A stretch of DNA of 32,000 nucleotides from Candidatus Jordarchaeales archaeon. GTDB lineage: Archaea; Asgardarchaeota; Jordiarchaeia; Jordiarchaeales; Freyrarchaeaceae. Below, one piece after another: positions 1 to 9,507 of the stretch. The stretch spans positions 120,001-152,000 of the forward strand of contig JAWAHN010000001.1 of the NCBI GenBank assembly GCA_038889235.1, in the 5' to 3' direction. A model generated the notes under the pieces. The model was not told the origin of the DNA. It saw nothing but the letters and a program-made list of their open reading frames with translations, and made no database searches. Position numbers and translations under genes: made by a program. Each line of letters begins with the position of its first letter. The stretch's first letter is position 1.

Positions 1-640
1 GCCACTCCTCGACGCTCTTCTTCCCCTTGCTTGACAGACTTAACACGACTCCGGGTGCATTGGGTAGCGCCTTCAACATGTTGAAGCACGCCTGCCTTAT
101 TTTGACGTCGGGCTTCTTCCCAGGCTCCCAACTGGCGATTATACCTCTCTCCATCGATAAGAGGTACACGTTGTGGACAACTATGTTGAGATTACTCCTG
201 TTGGTGAGCTGCTGCCTGATTTTTTGGTCGAGTAGCCGCGTAAACCCCCTCGGAACACCTTCTGGTGAAAGTATCTTGAGTAGGAGTTTTTTCGTGTTTT
301 CGTCTATTGGGAGATGAGGGGTTTTCAAGGCCTGTGAAAAGTCACAGTTTTTCTCAAGGAGCTTCACAGCGGTGGAAACCTTGTAGTACACCAGATCAGA
401 GTTGTCCGTGGAGTCGTGTACGCAAACCCACAGACCGCGTAAGGTCTCAACTAGGGTCAGCGCGTAGGGCGCTATTTCAACCTCACGGTACCACTGTTTC
501 TTACCAAATATTTCAGTGAGAAACCTGTTTAAAGCGTGGACCATGCCAGAAAAAAGCGTGTACTCTATCTTCCCCGTGCCGTCGTCATAAGCAATCCTTC
601 CAATGCCATCCTCCCCTATGAAAAGTAGCACATGAATCAT
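1..640 (-). CDS. Longin-domain protein, probably with at least two longin-like domains; partial, C-terminus runs off the left edge
   Basis: My translation from ATG at 640 (AGGGAG SD-like site upstream) stays open to position 1: MIHVLLFIGEDGIGRIAY...TLFSGMVHALNRFLTEIFG...REVEIAPYALTLVE...LWVCV. This is the beta-beta-helix (L-F-S-G-x3-A-L-x2-F-x2-E) longin pattern. A second segment, VVHNVYLLSMERGIIASW, resembles another longin start. Absent from the ORF track because no stop lies in the window. Confidence 0.7.
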   Translation of the reverse strand, partial: MIHVLLFIGEDGIGRIAYDDGTGKIEYTLFSGMVHALNRFLTEIFGKKQWYREVEIAPYALTLVETLRGLWVCVHDSTDNSDLVYYKVSTAVKLLEKNCDFSQALKTPHLPIDENTKKLLLKILSPEGVPRGFTRLLDQKIRQQLTNRSNLNIVVHNVYLLSMERGIIASWEPGKKPDVKIRQACFNMLKALPNAPGVVLSLSSKGKKSVEEW

Positions 641-740
641 CTTTCTCCCTCTAAAATTAGAAACTGGGAGATAAAGGATAAAACGCTAACGCAAAAAAGT
701 TTTCTAGATTACCTGGTGAGCGATTTTAGGGGGGAGTTTC

Positions 741-1877
741 TTGGAATTTGAGCTCACTGAGGAACAGAAAATGGTTAGACGGGTCACTAGGGAGTTCGCG
801 GAGAAAGAGATAGCTCCAAAGGCGAGGGAGTATGATGAAAGAGAGGAGCTACCATGGGAGGTCATAAAAAAGCTCTTCGAACAGGGAATAATGGGGTCCA
901 TGATACCTGAGAAGTATGGTGGCTCCGGGCTGGACAGCGTCGCCCAGACAATAACGATAGAGGAAGTGGCGAGAGTTTGCGCTTCAACAGCCATGACGGT
1001 TTCAATACACAGCTCCCTGTGCTCTTACGCCATACTGAAGTTCGGCTCTGAGGAGCAGAAGGAGGAATACCTCCCCCGGCTTGCGAGAGACACCCTAGCG
1101 GCTTTCTCCCTTACCGAAGCAGAGGCTGGCTCCGATCCTTCGGGGATAAAGACGAATGCAACGCTGGACGGGGACGAATACGTTTTAAACGGAACCAAGA
1201 CGTTTGTCACTAACGGCGAGGAGGCGGGGTTAATAATAGTCTTTGCCCGGACAGGGGGTGGCGACACGAAAAAGGCTCTAACCGCCTTCCTGGTTGAGAA
1301 GGGGACCCCTGGTCTGAGGGTGGGAAAGAGGGAGAGGAAGCTTGGAGTGAGGGCGGCTAGCCTAACCGAGCTCATCTTCGAGGACTGCAGGGTTCCCAAG
1401 GAGAATGTGCTTGGGGGCGTTGGGGAGGGCTATAAGGTTGCTCTAGCAAGCCTTGACTCGGGGAGGATAGGCATAGCGTCGCAAGCTGTAGGAATAGCTC
1501 AGGCGTCACTTGAGGCATCCATAAGACACGCTAAAGAGAGAGTGCAGTTCGGCGTCCCAATAGCCAGTTTTCAAGCGATACAGTGGATGATAGCGGACAT
1601 GGCAACCGAGATAGAGGCTGCACGGTTGCTCACATATAGGGCAGCCTACCTGAGGGGTAAGGGGGTGAGGTTCACGTTAGAGGCTTCCATGGCTAAGCTT
1701 TACGCTTCAGAAGTGGCAATGAAAGCCGCGAGGAACGCCGTCCAGATATTTGGAGGTTATGGTTTAACGAGAGACTACCCTGTAGAAAGGTTTTTCAGAG
1801 ATGCTAAATGCACCGAGATCTACGAAGGAACGAGCGAAATTCAGCGCTTAATTATAGCCAGCCAGCTTTTGAGGTAA
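741..1877 (+). CDS. Acyl-CoA dehydrogenase (butyryl-CoA/short-chain type)
   Basis: Motifs [34 protein letters not shown]-x-QFG, QIFGGYG and catalytic-region [13 protein letters not shown] start preceded by GGGGAG. Confidence 0.95.
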   Translation: MEFELTEEQKMVRRVTREFAEKEIAPKAREYDEREELPWEVIKKLFEQGIMGSMIPEKYGGSGLDSVAQTITIEEVARVCASTAMTVSIHSSLCSYAILKFGSEEQKEEYLPRLARDTLAAFSLTEAEAGSDPSGIKTNATLDGDEYVLNGTKTFVTNGEEAGLIIVFARTGGGDTKKALTAFLVEKGTPGLRVGKRERKLGVRAASLTELIFEDCRVPKENVLGGVGEGYKVALASLDSGRIGIASQAVGIAQASLEASIRHAKERVQFGVPIASFQAIQWMIADMATEIEAARLLTYRAAYLRGKGVRFTLEASMAKLYASEVAMKAARNAVQIFGGYGLTRDYPVERFFRDAKCTEIYEGTSEIQRLIIASQLLR

Positions 1878-1882
1878 TAGGC

Positions 1883-2668
1883 ATGCACGTCATAGTCTGC
1901 GTGAAGCAGGTTCCAAGTGTGGAAGAGGTAAAGGTCGATGCTGAGACAGGCAGGATTCTTAGGGAAGAGCTACCGCTTATGGTGAACCCTAACGACAGGA
2001 ACGCCATAGAGGCCGCCCTAAGACTAAGGGATGAAGTTGGGGGAACGGTCACCGCGGTGAGTATGGGCCCCCCTCAAGCGGAGGAGGCATTGAGAGAGGC
2101 CATGGCTATGGGAGTAAACAGAGCCGTCCTGATATCTGACCCTGCGTTGGCTGGCTCGGACGCCTTCGTTACATCTAAAGTTCTCGCTAAGGCGGCGTTA
2201 AAGCTTGCACCTTTTGACCTCATAGTGTGTGGCAGCCGCTCGGCGGATGGTGAGACAGGAATTGTCGGCGTGCAAATAGCTGAGGAGCTCAACCTGCCAC
2301 AGATCACATGGGTATTAGAGTTGAAAGTTGAAGGAGAAGTTGTCAGGGCGAAGCGGAGCATAGACGGCGGCTATGAGATCGTCGAGGCGTGCCTACCTGC
2401 AGTTGTAACTGTGACTAGGGACGCGAATAAGCCGAGATACCCGACTATGAGGAGTATCGTTGAGGCTTGCAGGAGGCCCATAGAACGATTGAGCCTGAAA
2501 GATCTGGGTCTAAGCCCGGAGGAGGTTGGGTTCAAAGGTTCCCCAACTAGGATTGAGCGGGTCTTCCAGGCTGAGAGAAAGAGGAGGGCAACTATCATAA
2601 GTAAGCCTGTCGAGGAGGCGGCGAGAGAAGTAGCCTTAATGATATTGAGGGAGTTGGGCAAAGTTTAA
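1883..2668 (+). CDS. etfB: Electron transfer flavoprotein beta subunit
   Basis: MHVIVCVKQVP, NPND, SMGPPQA, AGSD, DGETG and PRYP motifs. Start moved from 1808 to the ATG at 1883, which follows a GAGGT site overlapping the acyl-CoA dehydrogenase stop. Confidence 0.95.
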   Translation: MHVIVCVKQVPSVEEVKVDAETGRILREELPLMVNPNDRNAIEAALRLRDEVGGTVTAVSMGPPQAEEALREAMAMGVNRAVLISDPALAGSDAFVTSKVLAKAALKLAPFDLIVCGSRSADGETGIVGVQIAEELNLPQITWVLELKVEGEVVRAKRSIDGGYEIVEACLPAVVTVTRDANKPRYPTMRSIVEACRRPIERLSLKDLGLSPEEVGFKGSPTRIERVFQAERKRRATIISKPVEEAAREVALMILRELGKV

Positions 2669-2698
2669 GTATCTAGCCGATGGCTGGGGGTTTGCTGG

Positions 2699-3694
2699 TT
2701 GGAGAGGGCGTGTGGCGAGTGCTGGGTTTTCGTCGAGCACAAGGATGGAAGGATTAAACAGGCCTCTCTTGAGCTCATGGCTAAGGGCAGGGAGGTTGCA
2801 GACGGGCTTTCTAGGGAGCTTGCAGCAGTAGTTTTGGGCTGGAATATTGGGAACGTTGCGGTGGAGCTTGCCCGTCACGGTGCCGACAAGGTTTACCTGG
2901 TGGAGCACCCTCTTCTTGAGCGCTACCAAGTGGACTTGTACTGTAAGGCGGTCTCAGATCTTGCTTCTGAAGTTAAGCCAGATGTGATCCTGTTCAGTTC
3001 TACCCGTGTGGGGTGCGAGCTTGCGCCTAAAGTGGCTAAAAGATTAAGGACTGGCATGACGGCTGACTGCCTGGATCTAAGAGTGGATGCAAGCAGGGGG
3101 CTCGTTAAACAGGTTAAGGCAAGTTTCGGGGGGAACGTGATGGTGGAGGTGGTCACACCCTTCCACAGGCCCCAGATAGCTACAGTTAAGCCCGGTGTAG
3201 CTACTCCGGTCGTGAAGGAGAGGAGAGAGGTTGTAGTAAGGGTTACACCGAAATTGGATGAACGTGAGGTTAAGGTGCGCGTGGTTGAGAAGTTGGAGAC
3301 GCAGAAGGAAGACAACTTGGAGTTGGCTGAAGTGGTGGTGGCTGGAGGGCGGGGGGCTGGAGAGGAAGGTTTTAGACTTATCCGGAGGCTGGCAGAAATT
3401 TTGGGAGGGGAGATCGGGGGAACCAGGCCAGCGGCAGATGAGGGGTGGATTCCTAGGGAGAGACAAATAGGGCAATCGGGGAGAATAGTTTCGCCGAAAA
3501 TTTACATTTCACTCGGCGCTTCGGGTGCACTTCAGCATGTTGTGGGTTTTAGGAGGGCGGGGTTGGTCATTGCTGTGAACAAGGATCCTAAGGCGCCAAT
3601 ATTCGACCACGCAGACGTGGGAGTTGTCGCCGACGTTAAAGAGTTCTTGGAAGCACTCATACAGGAGCTAGAAAAATATCTGAATGCTAGATGA
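2699..3694 (+). CDS. etfA: Electron transfer flavoprotein alpha subunit
   Basis: WVFVEH, TGMTADC, VVVAGGRG, QIGQSG, GASGALQHVVG and AVNKDPKAPIF motifs; directly downstream of etfB. Confidence 0.95.
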   Translation: MERACGECWVFVEHKDGRIKQASLELMAKGREVADGLSRELAAVVLGWNIGNVAVELARHGADKVYLVEHPLLERYQVDLYCKAVSDLASEVKPDVILFSSTRVGCELAPKVAKRLRTGMTADCLDLRVDASRGLVKQVKASFGGNVMVEVVTPFHRPQIATVKPGVATPVVKERREVVVRVTPKLDEREVKVRVVEKLETQKEDNLELAEVVVAGGRGAGEEGFRLIRRLAEILGGEIGGTRPAADEGWIPRERQIGQSGRIVSPKIYISLGASGALQHVVGFRRAGLVIAVNKDPKAPIFDHADVGVVADVKEFLEALIQELEKYLNAR

Positions 3695-4508
3695 AGTTCA
3701 AGTTGTTGAGAAGCTTTTTGCTCAACCTGTCGTAAAAGTTCCACCGCGTGTATATCAGCTTGAAGCCCCTGTTCGACGACGTCACCTTTAGCGTGCATCC
3801 TTTGCTGACCGTGCCTTTTTCACCTATCAATAGCCCGTCTGTTATAACGTATGCTGGCTCCTCTCCTATGTTTGAGAGGGAAATCTCTGTCTCCATTGGG
3901 AGCACCATCGGAGGGATGCGTGAGCCGTAGAATTGCGCCACAAATGACAAGGATATGGCTTTCAAGTGTGGGTGGATTATGGAGCCTCCAGCTGAAAGGT
4001 TGTAAGCCGTGGAGCCGAGAGAGGAGGACACTATCACCTTGTCCGCCCTAACAGAGGCGACTGGGTGGCCGTCGAGACTTATCCTGCAATTTAGAAGTTT
4101 TCCATAGGGCCCGCTTAAGGCCACCTCGTTGACCGCGAAGCCGATTTGTTCGTTTTCTAAGAAGGCGTCGAGAACCTTGAACTCCAATGTTTGAAAGCAT
4201 CCTTCGAGTATCTTAGCTATCTCTGGAATTGCTTCCGATGCGTTAACCTCGGCTAAGAAGCCGAGCCTGCCAGAGTTTATCGGGAATATTGGGATGTCTA
4301 GCCCGCGTTCTACAACCATTCGGGCTGTGTGAATAACGGTTCCGTCGCCCCCATTCGAAACAATGAAACTCATATCTTCAACTATGTCGGATGGAGAGTT
4401 AACTATGACAGCTTCATGCCCTCTAGACTTCAGGAAATCAATGATACTCCGAGTGGTGGAGGCGGCCTCGCTAGATGCACGCTTGACGACGAAGCCCACT
4501 AAAACCAT
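3687..4508 (-). CDS. nadK: NAD(+) kinase
   Basis: GGDGT motif, GRLGFL, NE motif (VNEVAL) and GSTAYNLSAGG. The 3' end overlaps the 3' end of etfA by 8 bp. Confidence 0.9.
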   Translation of the reverse strand: MVLVGFVVKRASSEAASTTRSIIDFLKSRGHEAVIVNSPSDIVEDMSFIVSNGGDGTVIHTARMVVERGLDIPIFPINSGRLGFLAEVNASEAIPEIAKILEGCFQTLEFKVLDAFLENEQIGFAVNEVALSGPYGKLLNCRISLDGHPVASVRADKVIVSSSLGSTAYNLSAGGSIIHPHLKAISLSFVAQFYGSRIPPMVLPMETEISLSNIGEEPAYVITDGLLIGEKGTVSKGCTLKVTSSNRGFKLIYTRWNFYDRLSKKLLNNLNFI

Positions 4509-4622
4509 GAGATAACCCCGTACAATCCCTTGAAACCATCAAAGAAAAGGTAACAATAAATATTTTTTTAATGATTCGAAAAATTCGAAAAGAAGGGGGC
4601 GATATCCTAAACCACAAGGGGC

Positions 4623-5831
4623 CTACTTCCTTTTCAAGTGTCTTTTGACGAAACTCACGACGTCTTCTACTTGGAGTTTGGTCGACGGTTTATAGCTTCT
4701 CGCATCTGAAAGGTTTCTCTCGCAGAATGGGCACGCTGACAGCAGGACTTGTGCCCCGGTCTCTTCAGCTTGGGAAAGCCTCTCTCTTGCTATCGAAAGC
4801 GCGAGCTCTGGGAAGGCGCTTCTAACACCTCCCCCAGCCCCGCAACAAAGAGCCCCATCTCTATTCCTCTTCATCTCGACAAGCTTAACTCCTGGGATAG
4901 ACTTTACAATTTTCCTAGGCTCGTCGTACACGTTGCAGTGTCTTCCAAGGTGGCACGGGTCATGATATGTTACGGTTAGACTGCTTTCAGCCAGTTCAAG
5001 CCTGCCTTCCTCAATCAGCCTGGCAAGGAGCTCCGTTACATGAATAACTTCGAAGGGCATGCTCCCGAGGATTTCAGGGTAATCTTTCTTAAGTGTGCGG
5101 TAGCAGCCTGCACAGTGCGTCACCACGGTTCTAGCTCCTGCTTTTTCGAAGACCTCAAGGTTGTGTCTAGCCAGGCTTTCGGCAAGCTTTCTGTCGCCAA
5201 CCCTTAACGCTATGGAACCGCAACACCACTCTTCTGGCGACATGACGAGGTTAACCCCTGCAGCTGCAGCCACTTCGTAGACGTCTCTACAAACTTCGGG
5301 CATCCTATACGGCCCGGTACAGCCGACGAAGAAGAACATGTCACCTTTAGCCTTCAAACTGTACCCGCCAGCCCACGCAAGCCTGTCACCGTGCTTTTCC
5401 ATGTAAGGGTTGTGTTCTCTGCTAATCCAGTTAAGTATTTCTTTGTGCCTCGGCATGGGTCCAAGCCCCAGTTCCACGAGGTCCGCTCTGAGAGCTTCGA
5501 AGAGACGAGTGTGGTCTATGAATTTGCTCGTCGGCCAAGTTATGCAACTTACTCCTGAAACGTGGCAGACGGCTTTACAGGCGCCGCACAACGTGCACTG
5601 GTACATTACGCGTGCAAAGCTCCCGCTAGGCTCAAACTTTCCCTCTAAGAGCCCCCTAATCGCTCTCATCTTGCCCCTGGCATAGTATGGTTCAAATCCG
5701 GGAGTGTGGTCGACCATGGGGCAGACACCGTACCATCCGAGGGCTTGCCTGTAGGCCGTCCTACAGTCTCCTATTCCGCTACATGATTGAGCCATGCTTG
5801 AAAGGGCTTTAACGTGCTTCAGCTCCACCAT
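4623..5831 (-). CDS. Fe-S/CCG-domain oxidoreductase subunit (GlcF/HdrD-like)
   Basis: N-terminal Fe-S motifs CSGIGDC...CP and CTLCGACKAVC, then two CCG domains (FVGC, WCCG, HCAGC; YHDPCHLGR, LCCGAGGG, ACPFC). Start moved from 5888 to the ATG at 5831, which follows an AGGAGGT site overlapping the upstream stop. Confidence 0.88.
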   Translation of the reverse strand: MVELKHVKALSSMAQSCSGIGDCRTAYRQALGWYGVCPMVDHTPGFEPYYARGKMRAIRGLLEGKFEPSGSFARVMYQCTLCGACKAVCHVSGVSCITWPTSKFIDHTRLFEALRADLVELGLGPMPRHKEILNWISREHNPYMEKHGDRLAWAGGYSLKAKGDMFFFVGCTGPYRMPEVCRDVYEVAAAAGVNLVMSPEEWCCGSIALRVGDRKLAESLARHNLEVFEKAGARTVVTHCAGCYRTLKKDYPEILGSMPFEVIHVTELLARLIEEGRLELAESSLTVTYHDPCHLGRHCNVYDEPRKIVKSIPGVKLVEMKRNRDGALCCGAGGGVRSAFPELALSIARERLSQAEETGAQVLLSACPFCERNLSDARSYKPSTKLQVEDVVSFVKRHLKRK

Positions 5832-5844
5832 GGACGCACACCTC

Positions 5845-7341
5845 CTATAGCCTGTACTTTCCGGGGCTGAGTATCCTGTTTGGGTCAAGTGTTCTCTTCA
5901 GCGTCCTTAGAAGCTCGAAGTATGGTTCAGGGAATGCTGCGGTGTCGACGAGCGCTTGGCTGTATAATTCCCCGGTCATGTACGGCATCCCCCCGTTCTT
6001 TATCACCATGTGCATCTGGCTCATCCAGAGCTGCTTGTTCAGACTTCTCAGTTCCGGCCTGTCCCAAACCACTAGCCCGCTATCTATCTCTACGGTAGTG
6101 TGACCACAAAGAACCGCGGTTGAAACCCCTGAGAAAGCGCCTGCTTTCTCTAAGAGACCCCTATTCTCTTCCTCCCACTTTTCAAAAGCTCTGAACATGT
6201 CGGGCATTCTATGTATGGGGACATGGTGCTCCGTGCTGCACGGCACGCATCCGGGGCCAGCGGCGTTCCAGAGACCATGCCAATTCTGCCAGAAGCCGTG
6301 CATCTCGTAGTGCCACCTCGCAATGTTCCCGTCCTCTATTTTTTCCCCAAGCTCGTATCCCCCGTGCCGCTTTACCACTTCGTCTGCAAGCTTCACCTTC
6401 CTTTCCAGCTCATCTTCAGTGTAGGCTTCAATGGTGTACCACAAGATTCCCTTGTCTATTCCCTTCCACGCGGCTATAAAGGGAAACTCTGTGAGGAGAC
6501 CGGAGTAGGCTATTACCGTCAGTGGTGGAAGGTACTGGGAGTCGTATATTCCTATGTCGCCCATTCTCCGCCACTCAAGCCATATCTTCGCAGCGTTAAC
6601 GTCTCCCGGGTTTTCGAGTACAAATGTCTTGCACTCGTGGTAGCCGGGGCGGGGGAATATTTCCAGCGTGGCCTTCGTTTTTATGCCGAATATCCCGTTG
6701 TCCCCTAGGAAGAGACTTAAAATGTCTGGTCCGAAGCCGAACCTGCAGAAGGGTTCTTTAACGTAAACGCTGGCGTTTGACCCCGTTTGGATGACATCTC
6801 CCTGAGGTAGGACGACTTCTAGCGCGACGCAGTGCTCGCTGCAAGTTCCATACTTCGCCGCTCCGCCTCCCCCAACGGAGTGATGGCTTAAACCGCCCCC
6901 AACTGTTGCAGACATTCCACTTCCTGGTCCAAGAGTCCCCGTGTAGTACCCTTTTTCGAATAGGAACGTGTTGAGTTTAGCCCAGGTTATCCCGCACTCG
7001 ACAGTCACGGTCATCGCTTCGAGGTTTACGTCCACTATTTTGTTCATCCTAGTTAAGTCCACCACTATTCCGCCCTTCTCGATGGGTTTCGAGCCACCCA
7101 TTAGGCAGCATCCTCCACCCCTAGGCACTATGGGAATCCTGTACTTGTTCGCAATCCTAACTATTTTCGAGACTTCTTCCGTCGACCCTGGACGGACCAC
7201 GTACTCAGGCATTACTTCTTCGAGCCCGCCTCCTATTCCGCGAGAATACGTGTATAGGACGAAGTCTTCAGCAGAAACGTAGTCCGGGCCGACAACACCC
7301 TCCAGTGCACGTAAAACCTCACCCAAAACCTCACTCTCCAC
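5845..7341 (-). CDS. FAD-binding oxidoreductase, VAO/PCMH (GlcD/D-lactate dehydrogenase-like) fold
   Basis: P-x2-VVRP, IVPRGGG, VDLTRMNKI, VECGITW, LEVVLPQG, GIFGIKT and C-terminal LDPNRILSPGK. Paired with a CCG protein, as in glcD/glcF. Confidence 0.88.
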   Translation of the reverse strand: MESEVLGEVLRALEGVVGPDYVSAEDFVLYTYSRGIGGGLEEVMPEYVVRPGSTEEVSKIVRIANKYRIPIVPRGGGCCLMGGSKPIEKGGIVVDLTRMNKIVDVNLEAMTVTVECGITWAKLNTFLFEKGYYTGTLGPGSGMSATVGGGLSHHSVGGGGAAKYGTCSEHCVALEVVLPQGDVIQTGSNASVYVKEPFCRFGFGPDILSLFLGDNGIFGIKTKATLEIFPRPGYHECKTFVLENPGDVNAAKIWLEWRRMGDIGIYDSQYLPPLTVIAYSGLLTEFPFIAAWKGIDKGILWYTIEAYTEDELERKVKLADEVVKRHGGYELGEKIEDGNIARWHYEMHGFWQNWHGLWNAAGPGCVPCSTEHHVPIHRMPDMFRAFEKWEEENRGLLEKAGAFSGVSTAVLCGHTTVEIDSGLVVWDRPELRSLNKQLWMSQMHMVIKNGGMPYMTGELYSQALVDTAAFPEPYFELLRTLKRTLDPNRILSPGKYRL

Positions 7342-7508
7342 CGAAGAGCAAAGAAAAATCTAGCGTGCAAGTGTAATAAAATCATTTCGCTACTCTCCTC
7401 TGATTTCCGGATGCTCCGCTCCTTCTACCAGTTTCGACGAGCCCTTAGGCCATTTTAGGAAACGCCTACTCGGCTTGGGGCGTTTCACTGGATGGTTGCA
7501 AAGTCCAC

Positions 7509-8642
7509 CTATTCCTCGCCGCCGGAGGACTCCACGAACCTCCTGAGCTCGCTTGGAATCGTTAACCCCTTTTCAGCATAACTTGTTAATGTGAGAGCGG
7601 CATAGTCTCGCACCAACTCGTTCTTGCTACCCAGCAGTTCTGCGAGCTTGTTTAGGGCTACCATGTCTGTTATCCCTTTCTCGGCGTAGGCTGTTAAAGC
7701 GTAGATAGCGTTGTTTCTCGCGTGTTCGTCGTCGAGTAGGTTCACCAGTTTTCCTACAACTGCTGGGTCTGTGAACCCCTTCCTAGCGTAGCTGGCTATG
7801 GCAAGCGCTGCGTATCCTCTTACTACGCTGTCATCGTCGTCTAGAAGTTCTACGAGTTTTCTTAGGGCTTCCGCTTTCACTATTCCTCTTGAAGCATAGC
7901 TTGTCAGGGCGAGCGCAGCGCAACTGCGTACTTCGACACTCTTCTTGCTGAGGAGCCCGACAAGTTTCTCAGGCACCACGGGATCCGTGATTCCTCTTTC
8001 AGCATAAGCGGCTAGAGCGAAGGCTGCGCATCCCTGGACGGATTCCTCTTCGTCGTCTAGGAGCGCCACTAGCCACCTTAAAGCGTTCACGTTGATTATG
8101 CCGCTTTCTGCGTACTTTTCAATGGCAAGCGCAGCACATTTTCGAACCCATTCGCTTCTATCAGCTAGAAGTTTTACAAGTCCCTCTAAGGCTTCAGGAC
8201 ACTTTACCCCCTTCAAAGCATAGCTGACTAGGGCGAGCGCCGTGTTCCCGCGCACTGTGGTGTCTTCATCGTCGAGTAAGTCGACCAGTTTATCGAGAGC
8301 GGCAGGGTCTGTAAATCCCTGGTCAGCGTAGTTTGCGAGGGCGAGTGGCACATTCCTGCGCACTTCAAGACTCTCATCACTCAACATATCGACCAGTTTT
8401 CTCAGGGCATTGGGCGCTACAATTCCGTTTGAAGCGTAAATGGCTACAGCGAGCGCTGCGCCACCCCTCACGCCGCCATCACTGTCACTTAAAAGTTCCA
8501 CAAGCCTGCCTAGAAGCTCGGGGACAAGTAAACCGGCTTCAGCGTACTCGACAATCATGTAGACAGCTTCCATTCGCACTTCAGCGTCAGCGCTCGACAA
8601 CTCTTCCACGATAGACTTAAAATTACACATAGTCTCCGCCAA
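7509..8642 (-). CDS. HEAT-like repeat protein, 10 repeats of about 36 aa
   Basis: Consensus LVxLLxDxxxxVRxxAAxALxxYAxxGxxxxxALxK; one repeat is 34 aa. Alternative start at ATG 8630. Confidence 0.9.
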   Translation of the reverse strand: MAETMCNFKSIVEELSSADAEVRMEAVYMIVEYAEAGLLVPELLGRLVELLSDSDGGVRGGAALAVAIYASNGIVAPNALRKLVDMLSDESLEVRRNVPLALANYADQGFTDPAALDKLVDLLDDEDTTVRGNTALALVSYALKGVKCPEALEGLVKLLADRSEWVRKCAALAIEKYAESGIINVNALRWLVALLDDEEESVQGCAAFALAAYAERGITDPVVPEKLVGLLSKKSVEVRSCAALALTSYASRGIVKAEALRKLVELLDDDDSVVRGYAALAIASYARKGFTDPAVVGKLVNLLDDEHARNNAIYALTAYAEKGITDMVALNKLAELLGSKNELVRDYAALTLTSYAEKGLTIPSELRRFVESSGGEE

Positions 8643-9132
8643 CCAGCAGGATTAGCGAACTAACATTGTTATACCCGCACCCAAATCTTAAATCTCTTTT
8701 TAACACCCGTTTAGACTGTTAGTCGGCGGGGCTTCTTACCACTCTGACTTGTCCGGGGAATTAGTTTCTCCCGCTTCGGTGGCGGTTTGATAACCTGTCA
8801 GCATGGCTATACGCATACTGCAAATTTGCCTGGGCGAAAACTCATGAGTTTGAGGGGCTAAGCGAAGGGCTGGGAAATGTTTCCAGGAATTTTTCGTCCT
8901 TTAACCCAGCGCTCACCTCACAGGTTCTTACTTAGGTAAAAACGCTTACCTCACCCCATAAAGAGCTAAGGGTGACAGTGCACTCAACTTTTCAGAAAGG
9001 AGTTAAGTGTTCTAGGTCACCCAGCCAAGGGGATCAGTCATCTTGCTCCAAGAAAAAGTGAGAGGAATTTAGGTTGCCGCAAATTGCTTTTAACACTTAA
9101 ACCGTCTAAACTTTCACTGGGAGGTAAGGGTC

Positions 9133-9336
9133 TCATGGTGGTTTGACGTGTTTGAGCTTCTCGCTTGCCGGCTCGCCGCTGACACCCCAACCCTCTTTTG
9201 GAACCTCATGTATAAGTACCTCAACAGCTTCAGCGGGAATGCCCAGCTTTGAGAATACTTCTGTTATGCCCTTTATAACACTCTTTTTCGCCTCATTCGA
9301 AAAACCAGTCCAAACATACACGTGAACGACTGGCAT
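9133..9336 (-). CDS. 4-oxalocrotonate tautomerase family protein
   Basis: 67 aa beginning M-P (catalytic Pro1 after Met removal), with AKKSVIKGITEV, VEVLIHEV and GWGVSG, typical of 4-OT/DmpI. Confidence 0.9.
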   Translation of the reverse strand: MPVVHVYVWTGFSNEAKKSVIKGITEVFSKLGIPAEAVEVLIHEVPKEGWGVSGEPASEKLKHVKPP

Positions 9337-9360
9337 AATTTAGGGTTTGCTTCAACCACC

Positions 9361-9382
9361 ATAAAAAGTTTTTCATATAAAA
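9361..9382 (-). promoter_or_regulatory. Candidate BRE/TATA promoter of the tautomerase gene
   Basis: Minus strand TTTTATATGAAAAACTTTTTAT lies 25-46 nt upstream of the ATG at 9336. Confidence 0.4.
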
Positions 9383-9507
9383 GAAAGCCACTTTAACAGC
9401 TCGGGAAAGCCGCTGACAAAGTGGAATGAATCGGTTGATAAAAGCTGAAAGGTGGAAGAGGTTCATTCCCGAAAGAGACGGTAGGTGCAGGTAAGAGTAA
9501 AACTAAT

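Noticed and set aside
27-519. Plus-strand ORFs 27..317 and 307..519
   Set aside because: Antisense shadows of the longer longin-like ORF on the minus strand.
5689-5699. GGTTCAAATCC, a tRNA T-loop-like motif
   Set aside because: Lies inside a conserved CDS and has no cloverleaf around it.
6211-6708. 165-aa plus-strand ORF
   Set aside because: Fully antisense to the FAD oxidoreductase; no motifs.
7459-7486. 8-bp hairpin GAAACGCC/GGCGTTTC downstream of the first HEAT gene
   Set aside because: Could aid termination, but it is a single short stem with no adjacent U-tract; too weak to call.
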